A DNA stretch of 64,000 nt from Erysipelotrichaceae bacterium (GTDB lineage Bacteria; Bacillota_I; Bacilli_A; Erysipelotrichales; Erysipelotrichaceae): NCBI GenBank assembly GCA_047971145.1, contig JBKDZL010000028.1, positions 11,556-75,555 on the forward strand, given 5' to 3'. Of this stretch, positions 9,240 to 18,867 are shown one piece after another. Below the pieces are notes generated by a model. The model made no database searches. It saw only the letters and a program-made list of their open reading frames with translations, and was not told the origin of the DNA. How positions within the stretch are numbered: the stretch's first letter is position 1; every line of letters begins with the position of its first letter. The translations under genes and the position numbers were made by a program.

Positions 9240-10300
9240 CGCAGATAATTCTCGACATTAGCAAGATGCTCATCATAAGTTTTAGCATAATAAGTAGTAC
9301 CATCAGCACCAATGAAATAATAATAATCTGTAGTAGCATAATTTAATACAGCATCAATAGCATAAGCACTAGGATTTAAAATCGGTCCAAGTGGCAAACC
9401 GCTATAAACATAAGTATTATAAGGTGAATCAATTTGAGCATTAACTCCCAACTCACACTCACGCGCATCTTTATAATTATATAAAGTATAACAAATAGTT
9501 ACTGAACTTTGCAAAGGCATATCATCATGCAGCCTATTCATAAATACTCCCGCAATAGTCTGCATATCATCGACATTGCCACTCTCAAACTCAACTATAG
9601 AGGCTAATGTTATTGTATCATATAAAGATAACTCAAAATTTTCAATACTTTGTTCTAAAGGATCTAAGACCTCAGCATAAGCAGATAATATTTTTTCTGT
9701 TATTTCCTCGGCAGTGGCATCATAATAAAAGTTATAAGTATTAGGATAAATAAATCCTTCTAATAAAACTCTTTTGCCAGCTTCAAAAATATCTTCATTA
9801 ATAAACCAATAATCAGACATTAAAGAGCGAATATATGTCTCATCATTCCAGAGAGCCAATAGAGCATCAGATGAAATTTGACATTGCTTAGCAATTAAAT
9901 TTGCTGCATCTTTCGCCCAAGAGCCCTCAGTAATAGTAACTTGAACTTCATTAATAACAGCATTAGTAGGATTATTAATATGTTCTAAAATTTCCATAAC
10001 ACTCATAGTTTTATTTAAATAATAGGTACCTGCTTGGACATTAGTATTATTAGCAACTTTAGCAGCTATTTTAAATACAAACTCACTACTTATTAAGTCT
10101 TGAGCTAATAATTTTGGTGCTAATGTACTAATTGTTTCACCTAATTCTATTTCAAAAATTATAGTAGTATTATCATTTTTATCAACTGCATCAATATTGC
10201 TGTTGTAAAAAACAAATAAGGCAATCATACCGGCTATTGCGATTAAACATAGCCCTAAAAAGACTCTAAAAATTATTTTATTAGTTGAAGGTTTTTTCAT
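9236..10300 (-). CDS. mltG: YceG/MltG-family endolytic transglycosylase-like protein
   Basis: N-terminal TM anchor, LysM-like region and the YceG signature (IVEFESG...VFMNRL...LQSSVTICY...YNTYVYSGLPLGPILNPS). Start set to the ATG at 10300, which has GGAGA 9 nt upstream; the track ORF extends to 10327. Confidence 0.8.
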   Translation of the reverse strand: MKKPSTNKIIFRVFLGLCLIAIAGMIALFVFYNSNIDAVDKNDNTTIIFEIELGETISTLAPKLLAQDLISSEFVFKIAAKVANNTNVQAGTYYLNKTMSVMEILEHINNPTNAVINEVQVTITEGSWAKDAANLIAKQCQISSDALLALWNDETYIRSLMSDYWFINEDIFEAGKRVLLEGFIYPNTYNFYYDATAEEITEKILSAYAEVLDPLEQSIENFELSLYDTITLASIVEFESGNVDDMQTIAGVFMNRLHDDMPLQSSVTICYTLYNYKDARECELGVNAQIDSPYNTYVYSGLPLGPILNPSAYAIDAVLNYATTDYYYFIGADGTTYYAKTYDEHLANVENYLR

Positions 10301-10538
10301 TCTGATACGTCTCCAATACTTCATCAATCATTGCCCATTCTGCTTGATCTTCTATTGAATTCAAATTGCCAGCTTCATCATAACTATAAGCATGAATTTC
10401 ACCAGCAGTATCATTAGGATCAAAAAATAATACATAACTTTTGTTATACTCTTCACTCTCAAAAGTAAAAAGAATTTGCATTTCTACTTCATTTCCTTTT
10501 TCATCAATCACATAAAGTGTTTCATCTATATTAATCAT
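10281..10538 (-). CDS. DUF1292 family protein
   Basis: 85 aa, acidic. The pattern DEKGNEVEMQILFTFESEEYNKSYVLF...EWAMIDEVLETY is typical of the DUF1292 proteins found next to ruvX and mltG in Firmicutes. Confidence 0.7.
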   Translation of the reverse strand: MINIDETLYVIDEKGNEVEMQILFTFESEEYNKSYVLFFDPNDTAGEIHAYSYDEAGNLNSIEDQAEWAMIDEVLETYQNEKTFN

Positions 10539-10963
10539 TATCGCTCCTTTAAGGTGGCATCTAAATAGGCTTGTAAAATAAAAGTAGCTGCCACTTTATC
10601 TACTACTTTTTTTCGCTTTTTACGAGAAATATCTGCACTAATTAATATTTTATTTGCTGAGACTGTGGTTAATCTTTCATCCCATAAAATAACTTCAATT
10701 TTTAAATCTTCCGCTAAATACTTAGCGAATTCTTGGCTAATCTCTCCTCGCTCGCCAATATCACCATTCATATGTTTTGGTAAGCCTACTACTACTTTTT
10801 CAGCTTTAAGATTCAAACATAATTTTTCTACTTTTTCTAATGCTTCATCATAGTCATCACTATTAAAAAATATTGTTTCTACTCCCACAGCAAAATTACC
10901 AGTAGCATCACTCATAGCTACCCCTACTGTTTTGCTGCCTAAATCTAAACCTAAAATTCTCAT
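10538..10963 (-). CDS. ruvX: Putative pre-16S rRNA nuclease / Holliday junction resolvase-like YqgF
   Basis: MRILGLDLGSKTVGVAMSD...WDERLTTVSA matches the YqgF/RuvX signature. Confidence 0.88.
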   Translation of the reverse strand: MRILGLDLGSKTVGVAMSDATGNFAVGVETIFFNSDDYDEALEKVEKLCLNLKAEKVVVGLPKHMNGDIGERGEISQEFAKYLAEDLKIEVILWDERLTTVSANKILISADISRKKRKKVVDKVAATFILQAYLDATLKER

Positions 10964-11220
10964 TATTTAATATCTAAATAACTGCGTACTAACTCTTCAA
11001 TAATTTCATAACGTTCAACTTTTTGAATGTTAGTTCGAGCACCCTTATAGGAAGAAATATAAGCTGGATCATTGGAAATTAAGTATCCTGATATTTGGTT
11101 TACAGCCTTATAACCACGCTCTTCTATTGCTTCTTTAGTTTGTTTTAAAATCTCTTTAATAATTTCACTTTTGATATCTGATGCTTCAAAGGAAACTGTT
11201 TGGTCAATTTTATTACTCAT
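10963..11220 (-). CDS. IreB-family regulatory phosphoprotein (UPF0297)
   Basis: GYKAVNQISGYLISNDPAYISSYKGARTNIQKVERYEIIEELVRSYL is the UPF0297 signature. Start set to the ATG at 11220, with AGAGGTGA 5 nt upstream; the track start at 11229 is a GTG inside that RBS. Confidence 0.8.
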   Translation of the reverse strand: MSNKIDQTVSFEASDIKSEIIKEILKQTKEAIEERGYKAVNQISGYLISNDPAYISSYKGARTNIQKVERYEIIEELVRSYLDIK

Positions 11221-11253
11221 ATTGATCACCTCTTTTATTTATTTTAACACAAA

Positions 11254-13878
11254 TTAATTATTTATATTTAATACTTTTTCTAAAAAATCACACATTTCTT
11301 TTACTTTCTTAGGGTTTTTGCCACCAGCTTGAGCAATACTATCTTTGCCACCACCATTACCATCACAAATATTAGCTGCTTCTTTTACTAAATTGCCTGC
11401 ATGATAATTATGGGCAATTGCCTTTTCACTACAGCTACAAGCTAAGATAATTTTATCTTTAACAACTTGATAGAGAAAGACTACACCTTGAACTTTATTA
11501 TTAATTTCTTCCGCAAAATCCTTGAGATTTTTAATATCATTATTTGCTTGATAGATTAAAACTTTAAATAGATCATTATCTACTGCTTCTTGATAAATAC
11601 TATTGGCTTCTAAATTTACCAGTTTATTAGTTAAATCACTATTTTCTTTTTTAAGATTATCGATATCTGTTAATAAAGAATAGAGTTTTTCTTTAATTGC
11701 TTTATTATTGGCTGCTTTAATTGCAGTACTTAAATCATTTAGTAAATTCTCTTGCGCTAAATATTCCTGATACGCAACTAAACTTACACATATTGTGATT
11801 CTTCTAATACCCGAGCCAACACTCTCCTCATTAAGTATTTTAAAGATACCTATTTCACTAGTATTATTGACATGACAACCACCACATAATTCAATAGAAA
11901 CATTTTGCATACTCACAACTCGAACAACATCACTATACTTCTCATTAAAGAGCGCAATTGCTCCTTTAGCTTTAGCTTCATTGATATCTAAACTTTCAAT
12001 AACAACATCATGACTAAGAGCAATATATTCATTAACTAATTTTTCTATTTCTTTTAATTGTTGATCAGATAATTTTTCATAATGAGTGAAGTCAAAACGA
12101 GCATACTCACTACTTACATAAGAACCAGCTTGATTAATATGATTACCCACAACACTCTTTAGTGCAGATTGTAAAAGGTGAATTGCTGAGTGATGCTTGG
12201 TAATTAGCATTCTAATTTTCATATCAACATTTTGTAGTAGACTATCATTAACTTTAATCGTACCTTTTATGATAGTAAAGCTCAATAAGGATTGCCCATT
12301 AGGCGCCTTATTTACATTAGTAACTCTAGCTTCAAAGGCGTCATTTTTAATGATACCAATATCAGCAATTTGTCCACCACTCTCAGCATAAAAAACCGTT
12401 TTATCAAAGATTAGCTGACCATGATCACTTACTTCAGTAACTTTATGTCCATCCTTAAAAAGTCCAATCATTTTGACTATTGTACTAAAGGTATCATATC
12501 CGATAAATTCACTCATTGCAGTAAACTCTAGTAAATCTTGTGATTGGGAATTCATAGATTCAAAGTTTTCTCGTGAATCTCTTGCTCTATTTCTCTGCTT
12601 TTCCATTTCAATATTAAAACCAGTTTCATCTACTCTAAAGCCATGCTCACTAGCAATTTCTTGAGTTAACTCTAAAGGAAAACCATACGTATCATAGAGT
12701 TTAAAAACATCAATCCCCTCTAATTTCTTTACTTTAGCTTTACTAATTAAATCTAGCAATAAATTCTCACCATCGTGTAAAGTAGAATGAAAACGTACTT
12801 CCTCAGCTAAAATCTGTTTAATAATAAATTCAGATTTATCTGGAAGATAACTATAAAAATCTTTCATAGTATTAATGACTACTGGAACTAATTTATTTAA
12901 AAATGGTTCATTTATCTGAAGTTTAATGCCATATCTAACCGCTCTTCTTAATAATCTTCTTAAAACGTAACCTCGGCCTTCATTTGCAAATATTGCACCA
13001 TCAGCTAAAGCAAATATCGAGGTTCTAACATGATCAGCAATAACTCTAAAGGCTTCTTGATTATCATGATATTTACTGGTAGTATATTTTTCTACTTCTT
13101 GAATAATAGGAATAAAAACATCAGTATCATAATTGGTTTCCACATCTTGAATAATTGAAACTAAACGCTCAAATCCCATACCAGTATCAATATTTTTTTG
13201 AGGTAGCTCAGCATAAGTGCTCCTATCAACACCTTCTTTTCCATCATATTGAGAAAAAACAACATTCCAAACTTCGATATATCTATCATTTTCCATTTCA
13301 TCAAAAAACAATTTCTCGCCAATATTCTCAGGATCATATTTATCACCTCTATCATAATGAATCTCTGTATTAGGTCCACAAGGTCCATCACCAATTTGCC
13401 AAAAATTATCTCCAGTTTTTAAAATTTTCTTAGGATCAACACCAATTTTATTAACCCAAATATCAAATGCTTCATTATCATCAGTGTGTATTGAGATATA
13501 TAATCTATCTTTATCTAGACTCATCCATTTTTTATTTGTGAGAAACTCCCAAGCAAATTCAATTGCCTCTTCTTTAAAGTAATCACCAATAGAAAAATTA
13601 CCTAACATTTCAAAGAAAGTTTGATGTCTTGAAGTTTTGCCAACATTTTCAATATCATTAGTTCTAATACACTTCTGTGCATTTACTATTCGATTATTAT
13701 AGGGCTTAACACTACCATCAAAATATTTTTTTAAGGCAGCTACTCCACTATTAATCCACAATAATGTAGGATCATTAATTGGTATTAGTGAAGCTCCTGG
13801 CTCAATCATATGTCCTTTACTCTTAAAAAAGTCTAAAAATGCTCTTCTAATTTCATTACTGGTTAAATTCTTATTCAT
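11254..13878 (-). CDS. alaS: Alanine--tRNA ligase
   Basis: 874 aa. Class II motifs and the editing-domain HxxxH/CxxxH (HHSAIHLL, CGGCHV). GAGGAGG RBS. Confidence 0.97.
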   Translation of the reverse strand: MNKNLTSNEIRRAFLDFFKSKGHMIEPGASLIPINDPTLLWINSGVAALKKYFDGSVKPYNNRIVNAQKCIRTNDIENVGKTSRHQTFFEMLGNFSIGDYFKEEAIEFAWEFLTNKKWMSLDKDRLYISIHTDDNEAFDIWVNKIGVDPKKILKTGDNFWQIGDGPCGPNTEIHYDRGDKYDPENIGEKLFFDEMENDRYIEVWNVVFSQYDGKEGVDRSTYAELPQKNIDTGMGFERLVSIIQDVETNYDTDVFIPIIQEVEKYTTSKYHDNQEAFRVIADHVRTSIFALADGAIFANEGRGYVLRRLLRRAVRYGIKLQINEPFLNKLVPVVINTMKDFYSYLPDKSEFIIKQILAEEVRFHSTLHDGENLLLDLISKAKVKKLEGIDVFKLYDTYGFPLELTQEIASEHGFRVDETGFNIEMEKQRNRARDSRENFESMNSQSQDLLEFTAMSEFIGYDTFSTIVKMIGLFKDGHKVTEVSDHGQLIFDKTVFYAESGGQIADIGIIKNDAFEARVTNVNKAPNGQSLLSFTIIKGTIKVNDSLLQNVDMKIRMLITKHHSAIHLLQSALKSVVGNHINQAGSYVSSEYARFDFTHYEKLSDQQLKEIEKLVNEYIALSHDVVIESLDINEAKAKGAIALFNEKYSDVVRVVSMQNVSIELCGGCHVNNTSEIGIFKILNEESVGSGIRRITICVSLVAYQEYLAQENLLNDLSTAIKAANNKAIKEKLYSLLTDIDNLKKENSDLTNKLVNLEANSIYQEAVDNDLFKVLIYQANNDIKNLKDFAEEINNKVQGVVFLYQVVKDKIILACSCSEKAIAHNYHAGNLVKEAANICDGNGGGKDSIAQAGGKNPKKVKEMCDFLEKVLNINN

Positions 13879-13892
13879 ATATCCTCCTCACA

Positions 13893-14089
13893 CAAAAAAA
13901 CCTGTATCACAGGAACGATTGTAATCGCGGTACCATCCTGATTCATGCCAAATGACATGCACCTTAATTATGGATAACGGCACCACCCGGTATTTTTTGT
14001 TAAAAGTAGCTTCATAAGTTAACTTGAGGGCTCTCAGCAACCACCCACTCTCTAAAAAAGTATCCCTTATTACTAAGCTTTTTAATACT
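13893..14089 (-). promoter_or_regulatory. T-box riboswitch leader (Ala specifier) controlling alaS
   Basis: The reverse strand shows an AGAGAG (GA/K-turn) start of stem I and a specifier-loop context GAA-GCU-A (GCU at 14010-14008). The conserved T-box core AAUCAGGAUGGUACCGCG is at 13926-13943. A terminator CCUGUGAUACAGG+UUUUUUU (13894-13913) lies just before the alaS RBS. Confidence 0.85.
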
Positions 14090-14095
14090 ACAATA

Positions 14096-14123
14096 ATTAT
14101 AACTTATGACTACTAATTGTCAA
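14096..14123 (-). promoter_or_regulatory. Sigma-70-type promoter for the alaS T-box leader (TTGACA-16 nt-TATAAT)
   Basis: Reverse strand has TTGACA (14123-14118), a 16-nt spacer, then TATAAT (14101-14096). The -35 sits immediately downstream of the recD2 stop codon (14113-14115). Confidence 0.6.
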
Positions 14124-16287
14124 TAGTCAAGAGCTTTTTAAGAGTAGTTTTTCTTTGATATTTTTCTTCTAATTTAATAGCACTAAAAAACAAAGATTTA
14201 TCACCTAATAAAACTAGTGCTTTAGCTGCCCTAGTAATGGCAGTATAAATAAGTTTACGATCTAACATAAAATAATCGTTTTTGGTAATTGCCAGAATGA
14301 TTATAGGATATTCACTACCCTGTGATTTGTGAACAGAAATACAATAAGCTAAAGTAAGATTATTTAAATTTTCATAAGAAAATTCAACAATATTACCATC
14401 AAAATCAACAATAACAGTTGATAAATATTTTTTAACTTCATTATTAATTTCAATAATAAATCCAATATCACCGTTAAATACATTGTCATCTACCATATTT
14501 TTTAATAAGAGCACTTTATCAGCTTCTCTAAAAATCCTAGAGCCATGCCTTAATTCTTTTTTCTGATCATTTGAAGGATTAAACTGCTGTTGAAGAGTAT
14601 GATTTAAATTATCAATACCTGAAATTCCAGAATATTTACAAGCTAAAACCTGAACATCAAAAACACTATAACCTTTATCCATGGCATTATCTAATAATGA
14701 TATTACTAAGTTCTTTACTTGGTATTGATCACAATCAAAAAATTTAACATCATTAGAAAATACAATGTTATTTTGGTCATATTGAATATCATGTGCCAAT
14801 TGAATAATGGCAGAACCCTCACTTTGGCGATAAATTTTTTCTAACTCAATTGTAGTGAATTTTTTTGAATCAATAACATCTTTTAACACTTTCCCAGGCC
14901 CTACCGATGGTAATTGATTGACATCACCAATAAAAATAAAGCGATTAACTTTTTCACTAGCCAAAAATAAATTATACAATAACCAATTATCAACCATAGA
15001 ACACTCATCAATAATAATAGTTTCATAGCCTAAAGGATCATTAATATTTTTACCAAACGTATTAGTTTCTAAATTCCACCTGAGTAAAGAGTGAATCGTA
15101 CTGGTTTCTTGAGCTGTTAGCTCATTTAAGCGCTTAGCGGCTCTACCTGTGGGCGCACATAAAACTAAGTGATGATTAGTATTAAGTTTCTTTAAAAGAC
15201 TGGCAATCGCCTTAACAACTGTGGTCTTTCCTGTGCCAGGTCCACCTGTTAAAATTAATATATTACTAGCTACTGCAGTGTAAATAGCTGTTTTTTGTTG
15301 AGTATTGTAGCTAATATCATATTCTTCCTCAACTAAAGATAGCAAGCTATCAAAAAGCTTTTTATCAATTTCTGCAGTAGGTCTACTTAGTAATGTTTTT
15401 AAAAAACCAGCAGTATATTGCTCAGCATGAAACTGAGTATGGTGGTAAAGAGACTCATCAATCTGAAATACCAATTTTTCAGCTACTAACTCCTGTAGAA
15501 ATAAGTGTATTTCTTTTAAACCAATAAACTTAAGCAATTTTTTTTCTAAATCACTCACAGAAACATAAGTATCACCACTATTAATCGAAAGCTTTAACAG
15601 TGTTGCTAATGTTAGAGCTTTTAGTCTAAGAGGATCATCTTGTTTAAAACCTAAAGTCATGGCAATTTTATCGGCAGTAATAAAACCGATGCCATCAACA
15701 TCCTCAATTAATTGATAAGGATTAGTTTTCAAAATATTCAAAGCACGATCACCATAAATACTCTGAATTTTCATCGCATTTCTCACACCTAAACCAAAGG
15801 ATTGAAGATGAAATAAAAAATCTTCATTATCACTAGTTAAGCCATTAATAATGGCTTCTTTTTTCTTTTTAGTTATTTTGGGTAATCCATCTAAAACACT
15901 AGGATCAGCTTTAATATTTTCAATTAAATCATTACCTAATGTATCAATCATAACTTGGGCAAATTTAGCACCAATACCCGGAAATAAAGGACCACTTAGT
16001 AATGTTAATAAACTATCATTATCAGTTAATTGCACCTTTAAAAAAGAGCTAACATTAAATTGCAAACCAAATTTTGTATGATTAACATAATTACCACTAA
16101 ATTTATAAACTTGATCATAATCTAACTTAGGTATATAGCCTGTAATGGTAATTCTTTTTTCATCTAAATCAACACTTTCTAAAATAGCAACGCTATAACC
16201 ACTCTCACTGTTATGAAAAATATAATTATTTACTCTGCCAACTATTTCAGAAATATCCTCGTTTACTGACTTATTATCATCAGACAT
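14113..16287 (-). CDS. recD2: ATP-dependent RecD2-like (YrrC) DNA helicase
   Basis: Superfamily-1 motifs LTGGPGTGKTT, CAPTGRAAKRL, IIIDECSMVD, GDVNQLPSVGPG, YCISVHKSQGSEYP and YTAITRA, plus an N-terminal HhH region. Confidence 0.88.
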   Translation of the reverse strand: MSDDNKSVNEDISEIVGRVNNYIFHNSESGYSVAILESVDLDEKRITITGYIPKLDYDQVYKFSGNYVNHTKFGLQFNVSSFLKVQLTDNDSLLTLLSGPLFPGIGAKFAQVMIDTLGNDLIENIKADPSVLDGLPKITKKKKEAIINGLTSDNEDFLFHLQSFGLGVRNAMKIQSIYGDRALNILKTNPYQLIEDVDGIGFITADKIAMTLGFKQDDPLRLKALTLATLLKLSINSGDTYVSVSDLEKKLLKFIGLKEIHLFLQELVAEKLVFQIDESLYHHTQFHAEQYTAGFLKTLLSRPTAEIDKKLFDSLLSLVEEEYDISYNTQQKTAIYTAVASNILILTGGPGTGKTTVVKAIASLLKKLNTNHHLVLCAPTGRAAKRLNELTAQETSTIHSLLRWNLETNTFGKNINDPLGYETIIIDECSMVDNWLLYNLFLASEKVNRFIFIGDVNQLPSVGPGKVLKDVIDSKKFTTIELEKIYRQSEGSAIIQLAHDIQYDQNNIVFSNDVKFFDCDQYQVKNLVISLLDNAMDKGYSVFDVQVLACKYSGISGIDNLNHTLQQQFNPSNDQKKELRHGSRIFREADKVLLLKNMVDDNVFNGDIGFIIEINNEVKKYLSTVIVDFDGNIVEFSYENLNNLTLAYCISVHKSQGSEYPIIILAITKNDYFMLDRKLIYTAITRAAKALVLLGDKSLFFSAIKLEEKYQRKTTLKKLLTIDN

Positions 16288-16928
16288 ACTTGAATCCCAT
16301 TATAAAGTGCATGTATAGCAATTGGATAGAAAATATTTCGATCATGCTTTAAGTAAATATGAGCAAGAATAACTCCAATTCCACTGTAAATAAATAAATA
16401 GATTAACTCTATGAAATTACCCATAACTACGGAAGCAATAATGTGCATTAATCCAAATAAAAGACCCGATAAAATATAATAAATATATTTTTTTGCATTA
16501 GTACCGACCAACCAATCAACAGCTAATCTAAAAACAATTTCCTCAATAAATGGTGCCAAAAGTACTGTTGTGAATATTAGCAATAATTCATTGCCAGCAA
16601 ATATTAATTCCAATTGCACTTGATTCATAGAACCAATATTATCACCAATAATTAAAGCAATAATAAGACTAACTATAACTACATATACCAGCATAAGAGC
16701 AGTATAAATTACCGTTTTAATCAATAAATCACTATGTTTAATTCTTTTAAAATCATCCTTAATTTTATTGCGACAAACAATCCAAACTACAAGTAAAGTC
16801 ACCATACTAACACTAACTTGTAAGGCTAATTCATTTTGCAACATGATAAACAAAATAGTAGGTAAAATTAATTGAGCAAAACCAAAATATAGACCTAAAA
16901 TTATTACACCTTTTTCTCTATTATCCAT
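16263..16928 (-). CDS. CPBP-family (CAAX) intramembrane metalloprotease
   Basis: Polytopic protein with the motifs APFIEEIVFRLAV, FGLMH and AIHALYN that are diagnostic of the Abi/CPBP family. Confidence 0.75.
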   Translation of the reverse strand: MDNREKGVIILGLYFGFAQLILPTILFIMLQNELALQVSVSMVTLLVVWIVCRNKIKDDFKRIKHSDLLIKTVIYTALMLVYVVIVSLIIALIIGDNIGSMNQVQLELIFAGNELLLIFTTVLLAPFIEEIVFRLAVDWLVGTNAKKYIYYILSGLLFGLMHIIASVVMGNFIELIYLFIYSGIGVILAHIYLKHDRNIFYPIAIHALYNGIQVCLMIISQ

Positions 16929-18064
16929 TATTTTTCTCCTCTTTTTTTACTAATTAAATCAGCTATTTCAATGCCATCTTTAAAAACTGCTTTTATAACT
17001 CCACCGCCTAAACAGTAATCGCCATTATAAAAGACTGCTTGTTGGCCAAGTGTTACTGCCTTAGCACCAAGATAACTAACTAAATATAAATCATCATTAA
17101 GCTTTTTCAAGCTAACAGCGACATCTTTTTGACGATAACGAAATTTAGCGCTAGTAACACTAAGCTCACTATCATTAAACCAATTTACATCTTCTACTAA
17201 ACAACTATTTGAGTCCAACCAATAATCACTGTCTTGATTACTCACAAATAAAATATTAGCACCAACATCTTTACCAACAACAAAATACGGACCACCCAAA
17301 CCACCAATATTCAAGCCTTTTCTTTGACCAATGGTATAATAACTGATACCAATATGCTCAGCAACTACAGTATTAGTATCAATATTTATTATTTTGCCTT
17401 TTTGAGCTGGTAAGTAATTATTAAGAAATTGTCTAAAATTTCTCTCACCAATAAAACAAATTCCAGTTGAATCTTTTTTTTCAGCAATACTGAAATTCAA
17501 ATCTAAGGCTATTTTTCTCACTTCAGGTTTAGTTAACTCACCTAAAGGAAACAGAACTTTACTTAAAGCTTTTTGACTAATTTGAGCTAAAAAGTAGCTT
17601 TGATCTTTATTGTTATCTAGTCCTCTAATTAAAAAAGAATTAGCACTATTATGTTCAACACGACAATAATGTCCTGTGGCAATCATATCAAAGCCATTAC
17701 TTAAAGCGTATTCTAAAAAATGATCAAATTTGATATATTTGTTACACAAAATATCCGGATTTGGTGTATAACCTTTTTCGTATTCATTGATGAAATTTTG
17801 GAAGACTTCTTGCCAATACTCTTCGATATAGTCTACTCTAATTATTGGCAACTCCAATAATGATGCGACTTTTTTGGCATCATTATAATCAGTTTCTTGT
17901 GGACAGATATTATTATTAAGATCAGGATTTCCATTAATATCTTGATTAGCCAAAGAATCCCAATTACGCATAAAACAACAGGTTACATCATAGCCCTGCT
18001 GTTTCAGTAAATATGCAGCAACTGCTGAATCGACACCACCTGAGAGGCCCAAGAGAATTTTCAT
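16928..18064 (-). CDS. mnmA: tRNA-specific 2-thiouridylase
   Basis: PP-loop LGLSGGVDSAVAAYLL, plus ATGHY, KDQSYFL and DSTGICFIG. Confidence 0.95.
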   Translation of the reverse strand: MKILLGLSGGVDSAVAAYLLKQQGYDVTCCFMRNWDSLANQDINGNPDLNNNICPQETDYNDAKKVASLLELPIIRVDYIEEYWQEVFQNFINEYEKGYTPNPDILCNKYIKFDHFLEYALSNGFDMIATGHYCRVEHNSANSFLIRGLDNNKDQSYFLAQISQKALSKVLFPLGELTKPEVRKIALDLNFSIAEKKDSTGICFIGERNFRQFLNNYLPAQKGKIINIDTNTVVAEHIGISYYTIGQRKGLNIGGLGGPYFVVGKDVGANILFVSNQDSDYWLDSNSCLVEDVNWFNDSELSVTSAKFRYRQKDVAVSLKKLNDDLYLVSYLGAKAVTLGQQAVFYNGDYCLGGGVIKAVFKDGIEIADLISKKRGEK

Positions 18065-18067
18065 TTT

Positions 18068-18442
18068 TTATAGTTTTACTCCCTGCTCACTACCTCTAGG
18101 TAAAAATGATTCAATTTCTTCCTCATCATAACCTACTAATAAATTATTTATATCAATAATTATTGGTCTTTTTAATATTGAAGGATTATGCTGAATAAAA
18201 TCAATTAATTCATTAACAGTCATTTTTTCAATATCAACTTTACCACTACTAATTATTTTAGAACGCTTTGAAATAATATCATCAGTACCATTTTCACTGC
18301 GTGATAATAAGTAACTTATTTCTTTAGGGTCTAATAAAACATTAAAAATATTTTTTTCTAAATAAGGAATTTCATTAATTTTTAAAAAATGTTTGGCTTT
18401 GCGACAAGAGACACATCCAGCCGAAGTATATAATATAACCAA
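18068..18442 (-). CDS. spx: Spx/ArsC-family redox-sensing transcriptional regulator
   Basis: MVILYTSAGCVSCRKAKHFL contains the CxxC switch at the Spx position, and ILKRPII is present. TTG start with an AAGGTGGTGA RBS. Confidence 0.85.
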   Translation of the reverse strand: MVILYTSAGCVSCRKAKHFLKINEIPYLEKNIFNVLLDPKEISYLLSRSENGTDDIISKRSKIISSGKVDIEKMTVNELIDFIQHNPSILKRPIIIDINNLLVGYDEEEIESFLPRGSEQGVKL

Positions 18443-18808
18443 TTAAATCACCACCTTTATATAATAGATGTTATTACGAGGATATTATAACATAATAATA
18501 TTGAATTCATTAAAAATCTTTATTGCTCACTTTGAATTTTTAAAAAACTTCAGCAACAATGATAATAAAGAGTATTATTAAACTATCTAATAAGTAAACT
18601 TATTTAAATTAGATATTATTGTTATAACCATAGCACCTATTTACTATAATTTTTATTTTAGCATAGTCTTAAAATATTTGCTTAACAAGTTAATAACTTA
18701 GGCTTCTTATAATATTTAATACTTTTAATCTTTTACTTCACTTAAATATAATCATAATTCACTTTATAAATATCAAAAATGTAAAATTATTCAATGAAAT
18801 GAAAATTG

Positions 18809-18838
18809 TTACAAAACAATATAATTCTATGTTATAAT
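18809..18838 (+). promoter_or_regulatory. Candidate promoter with extended -10 (TTACAA-18 nt-TGtTATAAT) for the permease-trpS unit
   Basis: TATAAT at 18833-18838 preceded by TG at 18830-18831. TTACAA at 18809-18814. Confidence 0.45.
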
Positions 18839-18867
18839 ATAAAATATTTATATTTAGGGGGATATTT

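Noticed and set aside
9236-10300. An MltG (peptidoglycan transglycosylase) homolog as an anomaly in a possibly wall-less organism
   Set aside because: I cannot establish from this window whether the organism lacks peptidoglycan. The ruvX, DUF1292 and mltG cluster seen here matches what I recall as a conserved arrangement in low-GC Firmicutes relatives. Without a taxonomic assignment the anomaly is not supportable.
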